64,000 nt of DNA from Ferrovibrio terrae (GTDB lineage: Bacteria; Pseudomonadota; Alphaproteobacteria; Ferrovibrionales; Ferrovibrionaceae): assembly GCF_943371255.1 (NCBI RefSeq), contig NZ_CALRUC010000002.1, positions 27,086 through 91,085 of the forward strand, read 5' to 3'. This document shows positions 56,342 through 64,000 of this stretch, piece by piece. The notes beneath the pieces were generated by a model, which had not been told where the DNA came from, did not search any database, and saw nothing but the letters and a program-made list of their open reading frames with translations. Position numbers and translations under genes: made by a program. The first letter of the stretch is position 1. The number at the start of each line of letters is the position of its first letter.

Positions 56342-56376
56342 GGGGGGCGTCCGGCAACGGGCGCCCCTTCGTTTTT
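56342..56376 (+). terminator. Intrinsic terminator after csp
   Basis: GGGGCGTCC-ggcaac-GGGCGCCCC stem followed by TTCGTTTTT. Confidence 0.75.
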
Positions 56377-56412
56377 ATCTAGACCCCCTCAGATCGGGGT
56401 CAGGAGGGCGCC

Positions 56413-56580
56413 ATGGCGTTCAAGCCGAATTACAACCAGCAGCGCGCCGAACGCACCCGCGCCAAGGAACAGAAGAAGCAGGAAAAGCTGCAGCGCCGGC
56501 AGGAGGAATCCGAACGCCGCAAGGCCGCCGGCCTGCCGCCGGAAGATGGCGACATCGTTGACGAGCCGGACCAGAGCTAG
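56413..56580 (+). CDS. Small charged protein (55 aa; not in ORF track)
   Basis: RBS AGGAGG; MAFKPNYNQQRAERTRAKEQKKQEKLQRRQEE... Confidence 0.65.
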   Translation: MAFKPNYNQQRAERTRAKEQKKQEKLQRRQEESERRKAAGLPPEDGDIVDEPDQS

Positions 56581-56616
56581 AGTCGGTTTCGCGTAAAAGC
56601 CCCGGAGTGCCTCCCC

Positions 56617-56841
56617 ATGGCCAAGAAAAAATTCAATCCCAATTCCGCCTTCGCGATGTTCAACGTCACCTACCAGGATGGCGCCCAGACCTCGAACCGC
56701 AAGGTGCCGGTCGACAAGTTCGGCCAGTTCGATGACGAGCAGGATGTCGCCCGCGCCTTCATCGAGGCGCAGGACCGCGACATCGCCGAGAAGTCGGGCC
56801 GCCCGCGCGGGCCGATCAAGTCGCTGGAGCGCGTCGGCTAA
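56617..56841 (+). CDS. Hypothetical protein (74 aa)
   Basis: F..FNVTY.DG.Q.SNRKVP...A...IEAQDR.IAEKSG.PRG.IK; host-like codon usage. Confidence 0.7.
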   Translation: MAKKKFNPNSAFAMFNVTYQDGAQTSNRKVPVDKFGQFDDEQDVARAFIEAQDRDIAEKSGRPRGPIKSLERVG

Positions 56842-57296
56842 GCCCGTTTCAGCCTGAGCACGGCGTCATGCAGCGCCTGCAGGAAGGCCGAGCGGTCCTT
56901 CGGTGAAAACGGCTTCGGCCCGCCACCAACACGCCCGGTCGGATTGGCATCGCGCAGCTCGGTCATCAGGTTGCGCGTCGCCAGGTCCATGCCGATCGAG
57001 GCGGCGGAAAACGCCCGGCCATTGGGCCCCAGCACCAGCGCGCCGGCCTTCACGCAGCGCGCCGCCAGCGGCACATCGGCGGTGACCACCACATCGGCCG
57101 GCGTGGCATGCTCGGCGATCCAGTCATCGGCCTTGTCCAGCCCCTCGGCCACCACCTCCAGCCGCACCAGGTCGCTGCGCGGGATGCGGATATAGCTGTT
57201 GGCCACCACCACCACGGCCACGCCATGGCGCTCGGCCACGCGATAGACCTCGTCCTTGACCGGACAGGCATCGGCATCCACGTAAACGCTCGTCAT
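56838..57296 (-). CDS. YaiI/YqxD (UPF0178) family protein
   Basis: [28 protein letters not shown]. Confidence 0.92.
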   Translation of the reverse strand: MTSVYVDADACPVKDEVYRVAERHGVAVVVVANSYIRIPRSDLVRLEVVAEGLDKADDWIAEHATPADVVVTADVPLAARCVKAGALVLGPNGRAFSAASIGMDLATRNLMTELRDANPTGRVGGGPKPFSPKDRSAFLQALHDAVLRLKRA

Positions 57297-57330
57297 GGCC
57301 GCTTTATGCCATGCATGCTAAAAGGACGCC

Positions 57331-57900
57331 ATGAGCAAGGCCTTCACCAAAGAGTCGGATGCCCCCGAGGTCGAGGACGACCTGGAAGACGCCGCGCCGC
57401 CGATTCCGGCCGGGGCGAAAAACTACATCACGCCGGCCGGCCTGCGCCGCCTGCAGGACGAGCTGCGCCAGCTCAAATCCGTCGAGCGGCCCAAGGTGGT
57501 CGAGATCGTGTCCTGGGCGGCCGGCAACGGCGACCGCTCGGAGAATGGCGACTATCTCTATGGCAAGAAGCGCCTGCGCGAGATCGACCGCCGCGTCCGC
57601 TTCCTGCTGAAAAGGCTGGAGATCGCCGAACCGGTCGATCCCAAATTGCAGAAAAACCGCGCGCAGGTGTTTTTCGGCGCCACGGTGACCTATGAGCATA
57701 ACGGCCAGGAGCGCACCGTGCGCATCGTCGGCATCGACGAGGCGCGGCTGGAGCAGGGCGAGGTGAGCTGGATCGCGCCGGTGGCGCGCGCGCTGATGAA
57801 GGCGCGCGTGGGCGATATCGTCGAGCTGCGCACGCCGCACGGGCCGGAACAGATCGAAGTGCTGGAGATCAGCTACAGCGACGAGGATGCCGCGCCATGA
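57331..57900 (+). CDS. greB: Transcription elongation factor GreB
   Basis: NYITP.G, ERP.VV..VSWAA.NGDRSENGDY.YGKKRLREIDRR, SW..P.ARAL. Confidence 0.93.
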   Translation: MSKAFTKESDAPEVEDDLEDAAPPIPAGAKNYITPAGLRRLQDELRQLKSVERPKVVEIVSWAAGNGDRSENGDYLYGKKRLREIDRRVRFLLKRLEIAEPVDPKLQKNRAQVFFGATVTYEHNGQERTVRIVGIDEARLEQGEVSWIAPVARALMKARVGDIVELRTPHGPEQIEVLEISYSDEDAAP

Positions 57901-58154
57901 TGAAACCCATACCGGTCAAGCTGGCCGAGATTTACGTGCCGGCGAAATTCAAGGGCACGCTGGATGCGGCCAAGGTGGCGGCGCTGGCCGATGAGATCGT
58001 CGGCGATGGCGGGCTGAAAATCCCGATCCAGGTGCGCAAGGACGAGAAGGAAAAGCGCTATGTGCTGATCGCCGGCCTGCACCGGCTGGAGGCGATGCGG
58101 TCCCTGGGCGAGACCAGCATCGACGCGCTGATCGTGGCGGCGCGGAAGTTTTAA
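57897..58154 (+). CDS. Stand-alone ParB/Srx N-terminal-domain protein (85 aa)
   Basis: PIQVR...YVLIAGLHRLEA; ATGA overlap with greB. Confidence 0.8.
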   Translation: MMKPIPVKLAEIYVPAKFKGTLDAAKVAALADEIVGDGGLKIPIQVRKDEKEKRYVLIAGLHRLEAMRSLGETSIDALIVAARKF

Positions 58155-58229
58155 GCGCCGCCCGCTTGCCCACATTTCACCGCCCCACCATCGTCACTTC
58201 AGAAACCGTCATCCTAGCCACTCCAAAAA

Positions 58230-58322
58230 CCGTCACCCTCGGGCTTGTCCCGAGGGTCCATCCCAACCCTCCGTGTATCGGAACGCGCAGATGGATCCCC
58301 GGGACAAGCCCGGGGATGACGG
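58230..58322. repeat. 93-bp REP/MITE-like palindromic element
   Basis: CCGTCACCCTCGGGCTTGTCCCGAGGGTCCATC...GATGGATCCCCGGGACAAGCCCGGGGATGACGG; near copy at 63852. Confidence 0.85.
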
Positions 58323-58358
58323 TATGAATAGAACCAGTGCCTCCGTTATAACCACCCC

Positions 58359-59552
58359 ATGACCTCTCCCCCTTATGACGCGATCATCCTGGGCGCCGGC
58401 GGCGCCGGGCTGTTCTGCGCCGGCATCGCAGCAGGGCGCGGCAAGCGCGTGCTGGTGCTGGATCACGCAGCAAACCCCGGCGAGAAGATCCGCATCTCCG
58501 GCGGCGGGCGCTGCAACTTCACCAACCTGCATGTCACCTCGGCCGACTTCCTCTCGGCCAACCCGCATTTCGCCAAATCGGCGCTGAAACGCTACACTTG
58601 CCACGATTTCATCACCCTGGTGGAGAAACACGGCATCGCCTGGCATGAGAAAACGCTGGGCCAGCTGTTCTGCGACGGCTCGTCGCGCCAGATCGTGCAG
58701 CTGCTGCTGGACGAGGCAAAAGACGCCACCATCCAGCTCGACACCAAAATCACCGCGGTGGAGAAAACCGCCAGCGGCTTCCGCGTCAGCACCGACCGGG
58801 GCGCGTATGACTCCGCCCGCCTGGTGCTCGCCACCGGCGGGCCCAGCATCCCGAAAATGGGCGCCACCGGCTTTGCCTATGATCTGGCGCAGCAGTTCGG
58901 CCTCAGCGTGATCGCGCCCAAGCCGGCGCTGGTGCCGCTCACCTTTTCCGGATCGGATGCGGCGCGCTATGCCGATCTCGCCGGCGTGGCGGTGCCCGAT
59001 GCCATCGTGAGCTATGGCAAGCAGCGCTTCCGCGAGGCGGTGCTGTTCACCCATCGCGGCCTCAGCGGCCCGGCGATCCTGCAGATCTCCAGCTACTGGG
59101 AGCAGGGCGCGCGGGAGAAGCCCATCATGCTCAACCTCTGCCCGGGCCTCGACGATCTGTTCCTGGCGCTCAAGGCGGCAAAGGCGGCGCATCCGAAGCA
59201 GGACATCGCCACGCAGCTCTCGCTGCACCTGCCGACGCGGCTGGCAAAACGGCTCAGTGAAATCGGCTTTGCCGAAGGCCGGCTGGCCGACCTGCCCGAT
59301 GCGCGGCTGCGCAACGTGGCCGATCTGGCGCAGCGCTGGGCGCTGACGCCCATGGGCAGCGAAGGCTATGCCAAGGCCGAAGTCACGCTCGGCGGCATCG
59401 ACACGGCGGGCCTGTCGTCGCAGACCATGGAGGCCAAGGCCGTGCCCAGGCTCCATGTGATCGGCGAGGCGGTGGATGTCACCGGCCATCTCGGCGGCTT
59501 CAATTTCCAGTGGGCGTGGAGTTCAGGCTTCGCGGCGGGGCAGGCGCTGTAG
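58359..59552 (+). CDS. HI0933/YhiN-family flavoprotein
   Basis: GAGGAGL, KI.ISGGGRCNFTN, FTHRGLSGPA.L, AEVT.GGI, GGFNFQWAWSSG. Confidence 0.93.
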   Translation: MTSPPYDAIILGAGGAGLFCAGIAAGRGKRVLVLDHAANPGEKIRISGGGRCNFTNLHVTSADFLSANPHFAKSALKRYTCHDFITLVEKHGIAWHEKTLGQLFCDGSSRQIVQLLLDEAKDATIQLDTKITAVEKTASGFRVSTDRGAYDSARLVLATGGPSIPKMGATGFAYDLAQQFGLSVIAPKPALVPLTFSGSDAARYADLAGVAVPDAIVSYGKQRFREAVLFTHRGLSGPAILQISSYWEQGAREKPIMLNLCPGLDDLFLALKAAKAAHPKQDIATQLSLHLPTRLAKRLSEIGFAEGRLADLPDARLRNVADLAQRWALTPMGSEGYAKAEVTLGGIDTAGLSSQTMEAKAVPRLHVIGEAVDVTGHLGGFNFQWAWSSGFAAGQAL

Positions 59553-59676
59553 CGCTCTTCGACTGCGCCCGATTACACAAGCATGCAGTGCGTGGGCAGG
59601 GCACCAGATTGCACTGGTGGCGCCCGGGCCGATGGGCGTAGTCTTGCCAGCCGTGGCGGCCATGTGGGGGCAGGGC

Positions 59677-60408
59677 ATGTCGAGGACAACACTCATCATC
59701 GTTGGGTTGCTGACACTGCTGGCGCTGCTGGCAGTCTGGCTGGCGCCGCAGCTGGCGCTGAAACTCGAGCGCGCCTCTCCGGCACCGGTGGGCGCGGCGG
59801 CGCCTGCGCCGCCGCCGGCCACGCCGGCCGAGATCGCCTATCAGGCATTGCGTGCCGAGGCTGGCCGCATGACAGAGGGGCGCATCGCCTACAATCCGCC
59901 GGCGAAAATGCGCGTGGGCGTGGAGGAAGCCATCACCATCCGGATCGGTCGCGACGAGGTGGCGCAGCATCTGGCCGACCGCATGGCCGGGCGCGGTCAG
60001 CCGATCACCGAAACGATCCAGGTCGGCGATTTCATGCGCGTGCAGCTCGATGGTGGCGAGGCCTTCCGCATTACGCCCGATGAGCCGCAGGACCGCGCGA
60101 TTCCGCCGGGCGGTATGGGTGAATGGCTGTTCCGCGTTTTGCCGCTACAGGCCGGCGAGAAGCAGATGCTGTGGCTGCAGGTGTTTGTGCGCGTGCAGAC
60201 AGCCGGGCGCGAAGAGCTGATCTCGCAGCCGGTGCTGCGCCGGGAAATCACCGTCGAGGTGAATTACTGGTGGGACCTGCTCGAACTGTGGCGGGCGGAA
60301 TGGAAATGGTTTCTCGGCGGCCTTGGTGGCGTCCTTGCCGGGATCGGCGGCTATCTGCTCAAGCGCTGGTGGGAAGCCCGCCACGGCCCGGCAGGGGAAG
60401 ACGACTAG
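59677..60408 (+). CDS. Hypothetical membrane protein
   Basis: N- and C-terminal hydrophobic helices flanking a beta-rich domain (IAYNPP..M.VG). Confidence 0.6.
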   Translation: MSRTTLIIVGLLTLLALLAVWLAPQLALKLERASPAPVGAAAPAPPPATPAEIAYQALRAEAGRMTEGRIAYNPPAKMRVGVEEAITIRIGRDEVAQHLADRMAGRGQPITETIQVGDFMRVQLDGGEAFRITPDEPQDRAIPPGGMGEWLFRVLPLQAGEKQMLWLQVFVRVQTAGREELISQPVLRREITVEVNYWWDLLELWRAEWKWFLGGLGGVLAGIGGYLLKRWWEARHGPAGEDD

Positions 60409-60410
60409 TC

Positions 60411-60740
60411 TTAAGCCGTCGCCGCCTTTTGCTTCGCCAGTTCGGCATCCAGGCTGCCGGGCACCAGTTCGGGCACGATCTGCCGGCTCTCGAAAATCTC
60501 CACGCTGGCAAAGATCGCTTCGCGGAAATACGGATCGCGCGCCATATGCGCGTCCAGCGCGCCACGATCCGGCAGGTCCAGCACCATGATGCTGCCCACC
60601 ACCGCGCCACTCGCGTCGATCAGCGGCCCGCCGTATTTGAAAACCTCGCGACAGGTGGTGACAAACTCCAGATGCGCCGCGCGCCATTGGGCACGCAGGC
60701 TGCTGCCGGGTTTGTCCTTGGCGTAGACGATGAAGGGCAT
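60411..60740 (-). CDS. YciI family protein
   Basis: DKPG...R...RAAHL, GGPL, GS..V, DPY. Confidence 0.88.
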   Translation of the reverse strand: MPFIVYAKDKPGSSLRAQWRAAHLEFVTTCREVFKYGGPLIDASGAVVGSIMVLDLPDRGALDAHMARDPYFREAIFASVEIFESRQIVPELVPGSLDAELAKQKAATA

Positions 60741-60921
60741 GGCGAACTCCAGGAGTGTGAGGCCCGAGAGTGCTAGCATGACTGGGTAGAATCGTCAGCA
60801 AGCTGACACAGATGTGATGAGAACAGCGATGTACTAGACGTTATTGGCCATCTCGACGGATACGATTTCTAGTGGACGCTGAGTTCTGAGTATGCAGTCG
60901 CGCTGAATAATTAATTATAGC

Positions 60922-62115
60922 TTATTTAAAGCGATCAGCATTTTCACTGCAGAACAAGCGAACTCTTTCAAGCCAGTTTTCATACCACCACCAGTCTTTG
61001 TCTCGCAAAAATACGCCATATGCGTGTTTTGCATTGCGAGCGCCCAATTCTTGCCAGAGCTCGGTGTGGTCTTGCATTGAGAATTTCTTGTAACCATCAC
61101 TTCGAATAATTTTTATTATCTCTTTGGGTTTGTATTTTTTCTTCTCGGTTTCTTTAAGAAGAATTCTCTGAATGTCCTGCCCCTCTGTGGTGTCAGCTTT
61201 AACAAACTCTACCAATTGATCGGCTTTACCTCTTGTATTCGCGGTTTTCTGGATTAAGGCAACTCTGTATGAGTATCTGCTATCACTAAGAATAGAATCT
61301 TGAATTCTGTCTTCAAACGCCTGTTGGGCCGCCAAGAAATTTTTTGGAAGGTTAGTTTCCTTTAGGAGGAGATTGCGTTGTTCTGTCTCGATGGCGGAAA
61401 ACTGTAAGGCGACGCCGAAATCTGATTCTAATCCATATCGGTCGCCAACAAGATTCTTGTAGTAAGTGTTGAAGTTCAAGCAGCACGCTTGCAGTTTTGC
61501 ACTAATTGAAGAATCAATCCTTTGAGTCATTTGATGTTCGATTTCATGCCTAACTTCAATAATAAACTTTAAATTTGAACTTGTAGCTTCATCTAAAGGG
61601 CACTTGTCAGAGCTCAAGCAGGCTTCTAATTCCCAATGTTTGTCTGCTCCGTGTTTTGTCTTGAGGGGCTCATTGGTGCCCTTCTTCATGTGCCTATAGT
61701 CAATACCAATTTGCTTGTAATGCCAGTGAAGTAAGTAGGTCCATGCAATTACGGCGGTGACAATAAAGATTTCAGATTTGAAGTATGTTTTTGGACTGTT
61801 ATAGCTCTGGACTGCGTGAAGCATCGCTTCTCGTGATTTAATGAGGAGTTCATCTCCCCGGATATGTAATCCCGTGGAAAAGTCTATTTGAGGCCAAGAT
61901 GCGCGGAAATTTTCCAGCTCTTCCGAGCTGGCGGCAGCCACATTCTTGTGCTTCTCGCCTGATCTAATTTCCTTTATCCGCCCGTGATTGATAGAACGTG
62001 TTGGGCGTGTAAAGTAAGCAAGTATGTCTTGGTCGTTTAGGTTGTTCTCATCAATCATCGCCTTGATGATCGAAACTTCCCACCGTTCTAGTTTGTTTTG
62101 TTTGTTTCTTTTCAT
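60922..62115 (-). CDS. DUF3644/HEPN-like protein on a low-GC insert (candidate defence gene)
   Basis: Markedly AT-rich versus flanks; KSREAML.A...YN.P...FKSE.F...AWTYLLH; RHEIEH (Rx4H) motif. Confidence 0.7.
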   Translation of the reverse strand: MKRNKQNKLERWEVSIIKAMIDENNLNDQDILAYFTRPTRSINHGRIKEIRSGEKHKNVAAASSEELENFRASWPQIDFSTGLHIRGDELLIKSREAMLHAVQSYNSPKTYFKSEIFIVTAVIAWTYLLHWHYKQIGIDYRHMKKGTNEPLKTKHGADKHWELEACLSSDKCPLDEATSSNLKFIIEVRHEIEHQMTQRIDSSISAKLQACCLNFNTYYKNLVGDRYGLESDFGVALQFSAIETEQRNLLLKETNLPKNFLAAQQAFEDRIQDSILSDSRYSYRVALIQKTANTRGKADQLVEFVKADTTEGQDIQRILLKETEKKKYKPKEIIKIIRSDGYKKFSMQDHTELWQELGARNAKHAYGVFLRDKDWWWYENWLERVRLFCSENADRFK

Positions 62116-62201
62116 TGAAAATGACCTGGCTATAAAAGCTTGCTGGTAGCTATTGCCATTTTTAACTTGCAGCGTAAGTTCCCAAATTACGGGGGAAGCG
62201 C

Positions 62202-63827
62202 ATGCCTGAGTCAATAAACAATATTAAACCTGCCGGCCAGTTCGACTACATCATCGTCGGCGGCGGCACTGCCGGGTCGCTGCTCGCCAACCGGCTCTCG
62301 GCCAATCCCGCCACCCGCGTCCTGCTGCTGGAGGCCGGCGGCAAGGATGACTGGATCTGGTTTCACATTCCCATCGGCTATCTGTTCGCCATCGGCAATC
62401 CGCGCGCTGACTGGTGCTACAAAACCGAGCCGGTGCCGGGGCTGAACGGGCGCAGCATCGGCTATGCGCGCGGCAAGGTGATCGGCGGCTGCACCGCGAT
62501 CAACGCCATGGTCTACATGCGCGGCCAGGTGCAGGATTACGACACCTGGGCGCAGATGGGCCTCACCGGCTGGGGCTGGGATGATGTGCTGCCGTATTTC
62601 CTGCGCCACGAGGATCATGAGCAGGGCAAATCCGAGCTGCATAATGCCGGCGGCGAATGGCGGGTGGAAAATGCCCGCGTGCGCTGGGACCTGATCGATG
62701 CGGTCGCCGCTGCCGGTGCCGAGATCGGCATTCCGCGTGTCGCCGATTTCAATCTCGGCACCAACGAAGGCTCGGGCTATTTCCAGGTCAACCAGAAGCG
62801 CGGCAAACGCTGGTCGGCCGCCACCGGCTTCCTCAAGCCCGTGCTGCATCGCCCCAATCTTGAGCTGCGCACGCAGGTTCATGTTGAACGGGTCTCGCTC
62901 GAAGGCCGCAAGGCCACCGGCGTGGTCTACAGCCAGGGCGGCGAGACATTCCTGGCCGAAGCGCGCGGCGAGGTGATCCTCGCCGCCGGCGCCATCGGCT
63001 CGCCGCAGATTCTGCAGCTCAGCGGCATCGGTCCCGCCGCGCTGCTGCGCGACCATGGCATCGCTCTGGTGCATGACCTGCCCGGCGTGGGCGAGAACCT
63101 GCAGGATCACCTGCAGCTGCGCCTGATCTACAAGGTCAACGGCGTGCGCACCATCAACGATGCCGGCTGGTTCGGCCGCGCGCTGATGGGCGCGGATTAC
63201 ATGCTGCGCCGGCGCGGCGCGCTCACCATGGCGCCCTCCACCTTCGGGATGTTCACGCGATCCTCGGATGAGCATGCCACGCCGAATGTCGAATTCCATA
63301 TCCAGCCGCTGTCGCTGGACAAGTTCGGCGATCCGCTGCATCCCTTCCCGGCCTTTACCGCCAGCATCTGCAACCTGCGCCCCACATCGCGTGGCTCTGT
63401 GCGGATCAAATCGGCCAATGCCAAGGATGCGCCGGCGATCCAGCCGAACTATCTCAGCACCGAAGCCGACATGCAGGTGGCGATTGACAGCTTGAAGCTG
63501 ACCCGCCGGCTGGCGCAGGCACCGGCCCTGGCGCGCTACCGGCCGGAGGAATACCTGCCGGGCGCCGAGGTGCGCACCGAAGCCGACATGCGCGTGGCGG
63601 CGGGCCAGATCGGCGCCACCATTTTCCATCCGGTCAGCACGGCGAAGATGGGCATCGACAGCGACCCGATGGCGGTGCTGGATGGGCGGCTCCGCGTGCG
63701 CGGCATTGAAGGCCTGCGCGTGATCGATGCGTCGGCCATGCCGCTGATCACCTCGGGGAACACCGCCTCGCCGACGCTGATGATCGCCGAAAAAGGCGCC
63801 GAGATGCTGCTGCAGGATGCGCGCTGA
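62202..63827 (+). CDS. GMC oxidoreductase (choline dehydrogenase-like)
   Basis: GGGTAG, RGKVIGG...[45 protein letters not shown]. Confidence 0.94.
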   Translation: MPESINNIKPAGQFDYIIVGGGTAGSLLANRLSANPATRVLLLEAGGKDDWIWFHIPIGYLFAIGNPRADWCYKTEPVPGLNGRSIGYARGKVIGGCTAINAMVYMRGQVQDYDTWAQMGLTGWGWDDVLPYFLRHEDHEQGKSELHNAGGEWRVENARVRWDLIDAVAAAGAEIGIPRVADFNLGTNEGSGYFQVNQKRGKRWSAATGFLKPVLHRPNLELRTQVHVERVSLEGRKATGVVYSQGGETFLAEARGEVILAAGAIGSPQILQLSGIGPAALLRDHGIALVHDLPGVGENLQDHLQLRLIYKVNGVRTINDAGWFGRALMGADYMLRRRGALTMAPSTFGMFTRSSDEHATPNVEFHIQPLSLDKFGDPLHPFPAFTASICNLRPTSRGSVRIKSANAKDAPAIQPNYLSTEADMQVAIDSLKLTRRLAQAPALARYRPEEYLPGAEVRTEADMRVAAGQIGATIFHPVSTAKMGIDSDPMAVLDGRLRVRGIEGLRVIDASAMPLITSGNTASPTLMIAEKGAEMLLQDAR

Positions 63828-63851
63828 CGCGCGTTCCGCCGTTTGTTTCCA

Positions 63852-63944
63852 CCGTCACCCTCGGACTTGTTCCGAGGGTCCATCCCCACCATCCGCGCAT
63901 CGGACCGCGCAGATGGATCACCGGGACAAGCCCGGTGATGACGG
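63852..63944. repeat. 93-bp REP/MITE-like palindromic element (second copy)
   Basis: Same length and arms as 58230-58322 with paired substitutions. Confidence 0.85.
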
Positions 63945-63987
63945 CTTTTTATCAGGATGCCGCACTGCGCCCTGCGGTCTGTTCCCA

Positions 63988-64000
63988 TCGTCACCCTTGG
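63988..64000. repeat. Start of a probable further REP copy (cut by window edge)
   Basis: TCGTCACCCTTGG resembles element start CCGTCACCCTCGG. Confidence 0.45.

Noticed and set aside
60770-62210. att sites or target duplication around the low-GC gene
   Set aside because: No convincing direct or inverted repeats at the boundaries could be seen by eye
58230-63944. CRISPR array interpretation of the repeated palindromes or the 15-bp repeat at 49384
   Set aside because: No regular repeat-spacer periodicity and no cas genes
1-64000. tRNA, rRNA, tmRNA or recognisable riboswitches
   Set aside because: None recognised; intergenic regions such as 55765-56110 (csp leader) are long but could not be assigned without a covariance-model search

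Overview
GC-rich alphaproteobacterial chromosome (GapR, RegB/RegA, aa3-oxidase subunit IV, split PntA; probably Rhodospirillales-like, genus not determinable from sequence alone). Bases 1-16158 are the right-hand part of a Mu-like (transposable, contractile-tailed) prophage: sheath, tube, frameshifted chaperone, tape measure, baseplate, tail fibre and a large lectin-like receptor-binding protein. A Mu-type terminus (...GCGCGCTACA at 16158) appears to sit inside the 5' end of a host PhyH-family dioxygenase gene. The most interesting part is where Mu carries com-mom (about 12.4-16.0 kb). It holds a structured leader, a Com zinc finger and a C5-cytosine methyltransferase split over two almost fully overlapping frames: alpha has motifs I-VIII and X, while the +1-frame beta supplies the missing motif IX. 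An orphan GNAT-like enzyme, an XRE-HTH/PAS-like regulator with its own near-consensus sigma70 promoter, an unannotated 53-aa ORF and a tandem zinc-ribbon gene follow. Com, beta and the GNAT gene are in one frame and abut exactly through TGAATG junctions. The rest (16.2-64 kb) is mostly housekeeping/metabolic DNA (zwf, regBA, hldE, prfC, fatty-acid oxidation, IOR, pntAB, csp, greB and others). It also contains a lone low-GC HEPN/DUF3644-like candidate defence gene, a divergent class III cyclase-like gene and 93-bp REP/MITE-like palindromes with compensatory changes. No rRNA, tRNA or CRISPR array was seen. Family assignments come from motif recognition, not database searches.
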